A stretch of 64,000 bases of DNA from NCBI GenBank assembly GCA_027729635.1, contig JAQCEM010000010.1, positions 422 through 64,421 of the forward strand, written 5' to 3'. Positions 62,568-64,000 of this stretch are shown piece by piece. The DNA is from Actinomycetota bacterium. GTDB taxonomy: Bacteria > Actinomycetota > Acidimicrobiia > Acidimicrobiales > Ilumatobacteraceae. The notes below the pieces were generated by a model. The model had not been told where the DNA came from, searched no databases, and was given only the letters and a program-made list of their open reading frames with translations. Position 1 is the first letter of the stretch; the number at the start of each line of letters is the position of its first letter. Position numbers and translations under genes: made by a program.

Positions 62568-63716
62568 TCACATTCCCTTCGGCAATTGCAGCACGCGGTC
62601 AGCGATGATGTTGCGTTGAATTTCGTTGGTTCCGGCGTAGATCGGACCACTCAATGAAAACAAGAAGCCGTCAACCCAGCGTTCAAAGGGTCCTTCCATA
62701 CGTTCGGATTCGGGTCCAAGGATCTGCAGCGCGATTTCATGGATGCGCACATCCATCTCACTCCAGAAGATTTTGTTGAGGCTTGCCTCGGCCCCAATTG
62801 CCCGACCTTCAAGCATTCCGGTCACGGTTTGATACGTGTGTAATCGGTAACCCTCGGCCTGCATCCAGACATCAGTGACAGCATCTGAAAGTGCAGTATC
62901 TGTTGGGTCGGCGTAAGTGCGCCACAAATGAATTAAGCGGTTGACAGCCTCAGAGAATCGTGCGGGACTACGCAAACTCACGCCACGTTCAAAGCCAGCA
63001 GTCGCCATGGCGACACCCCAACCTTTGTTTTCTTCGCCCAAAGTATTCGCTAACGGAACGCGTACATCGTCAAAAAAGATTTCGGCAAATCCAGTATCGC
63101 CATCAAGTTGTGCGATGGGTCGAACAGTGATACCAGGCAGATCAAGGGGACACAGAATAAAGGTCAAACCCCGATGGCGATCGGCAGTCGGGTCAGTGCG
63201 GAAGATTCCGAAACACCAGTCAGCCCATACGGCACGGCTCGCCCAAATTTTCTGGCCATTTAAAATCCATTCATTACCATCGCGAGTTGCCTTACTACGA
63301 ATACCCGCCAGGTCGCTGCCGGCATTGGGCTCGCTCCAGGCTTGACCCCACACAATTTCTGATGAGGCCATAGAGGGCAAGAACTTGGCTTTTTGTTCTT
63401 CGGTGCCGACTTCCATAATGGTGGGGCCGAGTAAGAAAATGCCGTTTTGATTCACTCGACCGGGCGCACCCGCTCGGTAATACTCCTCTTCAAAAATCAA
63501 CCACTTGATGTAATCGGCGTTGCGGCCGCCGTACTCAACAGGCCACGACACGGCCGACCAGCGACCCTCGTACAACTTTTTTTCCCACACACGATGGAGG
63601 GCGAAGCCTTCTTCGGTGTCAAAGCTAGGAAGTGGAGAAGTGGGCACGTTGGCCTCAAGCCAGGCCCGCGCCTCAGCGCGGAATGTGGACTCTTCACTGG
63701 TTTCGTTGAGATCCAT
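62568..63716 (-). CDS. acyl-CoA dehydrogenase (alpha-like subunit of a tandem pair)
   Basis: 382 aa. WSEPNAGSDLAG, WILNGQKIWASRA, and a C-terminal IYAGTNEIQRNIIADRVLQLP in which the usual YEG reads YAG. Confidence 0.9.
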   Translation of the reverse strand: MDLNETSEESTFRAEARAWLEANVPTSPLPSFDTEEGFALHRVWEKKLYEGRWSAVSWPVEYGGRNADYIKWLIFEEEYYRAGAPGRVNQNGIFLLGPTIMEVGTEEQKAKFLPSMASSEIVWGQAWSEPNAGSDLAGIRSKATRDGNEWILNGQKIWASRAVWADWCFGIFRTDPTADRHRGLTFILCPLDLPGITVRPIAQLDGDTGFAEIFFDDVRVPLANTLGEENKGWGVAMATAGFERGVSLRSPARFSEAVNRLIHLWRTYADPTDTALSDAVTDVWMQAEGYRLHTYQTVTGMLEGRAIGAEASLNKIFWSEMDVRIHEIALQILGPESERMEGPFERWVDGFLFSLSGPIYAGTNEIQRNIIADRVLQLPKGM

Positions 63717-63750
63717 ACGGTGACGAACCTTAGTCGCAGTCGATCAAAAA

Positions 63751-63767
63751 TCTGACGCCGTGTCAGA
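63751..63767. promoter_or_regulatory. operator-like palindrome TCTGAC-N5-GTCAGA (site 3 of 3) in the divergent ACAD / acyltransferase promoter region
   Basis: AAAATCTGACGCCGTGTCAGAAAT lies 35 nt upstream of the ACAD ATG (63716) and 52 nt upstream of the GTG at 63819. Confidence 0.55.
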
Positions 63768-63818
63768 AATCGTTGGTGAGACATATTCGCTGAACATTCG
63801 CCCAACTATCCTGACCCC

Positions 63819-64000
63819 GTGGGGGATCGCAATCACGGGGGAATTGAGTATGTCGCTGGGCTAGATGGCCTTCGCGCACTCGCCGTCATCACGGTGATGG
63901 CGTTTCACCTTGGATGGTCATTCGTGCCTGGCGGAGCTTTTGGAGTTTCGCTGTTTTTCACCTTGTCGGGTTATTTGATTACCCAGGTGATGTTGGCCGA
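63819..64000 (+). CDS. acyltransferase family 3 (OafA-like) membrane protein, N-terminal fragment running off the right edge
   Basis: Not in the track. My translation from GTG 63819: VGDRNHGGIEYVAGLDGLRALAVITVMAFHLGWSFVPGGAFGVSLFFTLSGYLITQVML. The (L)DGLRA.AV..V...H and (V)D.FF.lSG(F/Y)LIT blocks are the acyltransferase-3 signature. Confidence 0.7.
   Translation, partial: MGDRNHGGIEYVAGLDGLRALAVITVMAFHLGWSFVPGGAFGVSLFFTLSGYLITQVMLA

Overview
Densely coding, mid-GC chromosomal segment (hand counts of sampled 60-nt lines give about 52-60% G+C, not computed window-wide). Gene content points to Actinomycetota: mycothiol amidase Mca, an LCP ligase next to rmlABCD, DUF3039, F420/LLM oxidoreductases and an imuA'-imuB-dnaE2 mutasome. 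I support about 62 CDS. I recognised no rRNA, tRNA, CRISPR array, transposase or integrase. The left two thirds is mostly housekeeping: aceE, rnhA, argJ-dapD-lysS, accA/birA, the rml operon, selD-rnhB and the SOS mutasome. From about 49 kb onward there is a TetR-linked catabolic island with two acyl-CoA ligases, two SDRs, a Zn-ADH, a TauD-type dioxygenase, a TauE exporter, two LLM oxidoreductases, an amidohydrolase and a tandem acyl-CoA dehydrogenase pair. The observations I rate highest, all seen directly in the sequence: (1) a regulator that fuses an excisionase-type HTH to a CarH-like B12 module carrying an exact Wx9EH motif, ending 6 nt before a LexA box and 34 nt before imuA'. (2) Two near-identical LexA boxes (TACGAAC-N4-GTTCGCTAG) driving a mutasome that is split by an atypical orphan response regulator and a PLP enzyme. 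(3) A palindromic operator TCTGAC-N5-GTCAGA present in three divergent promoter regions of the catabolic island. (4) A perfect 24-bp-stem palindrome at 41858..41908. (5) A conserved hairpin element found at two convergent gene junctions. (6) A 14-bp x3.9 tandem repeat filling an intergenic spacer. (7) A secreted SpoIID-SGNH protein ending in three 130-aa repeats. (8) An orphan selD, divergent from a MOSC gene and translationally coupled to rnhB. Family calls come from motif recognition by eye, and all coordinates of small sites were hand-counted. Nothing was searched against a database.
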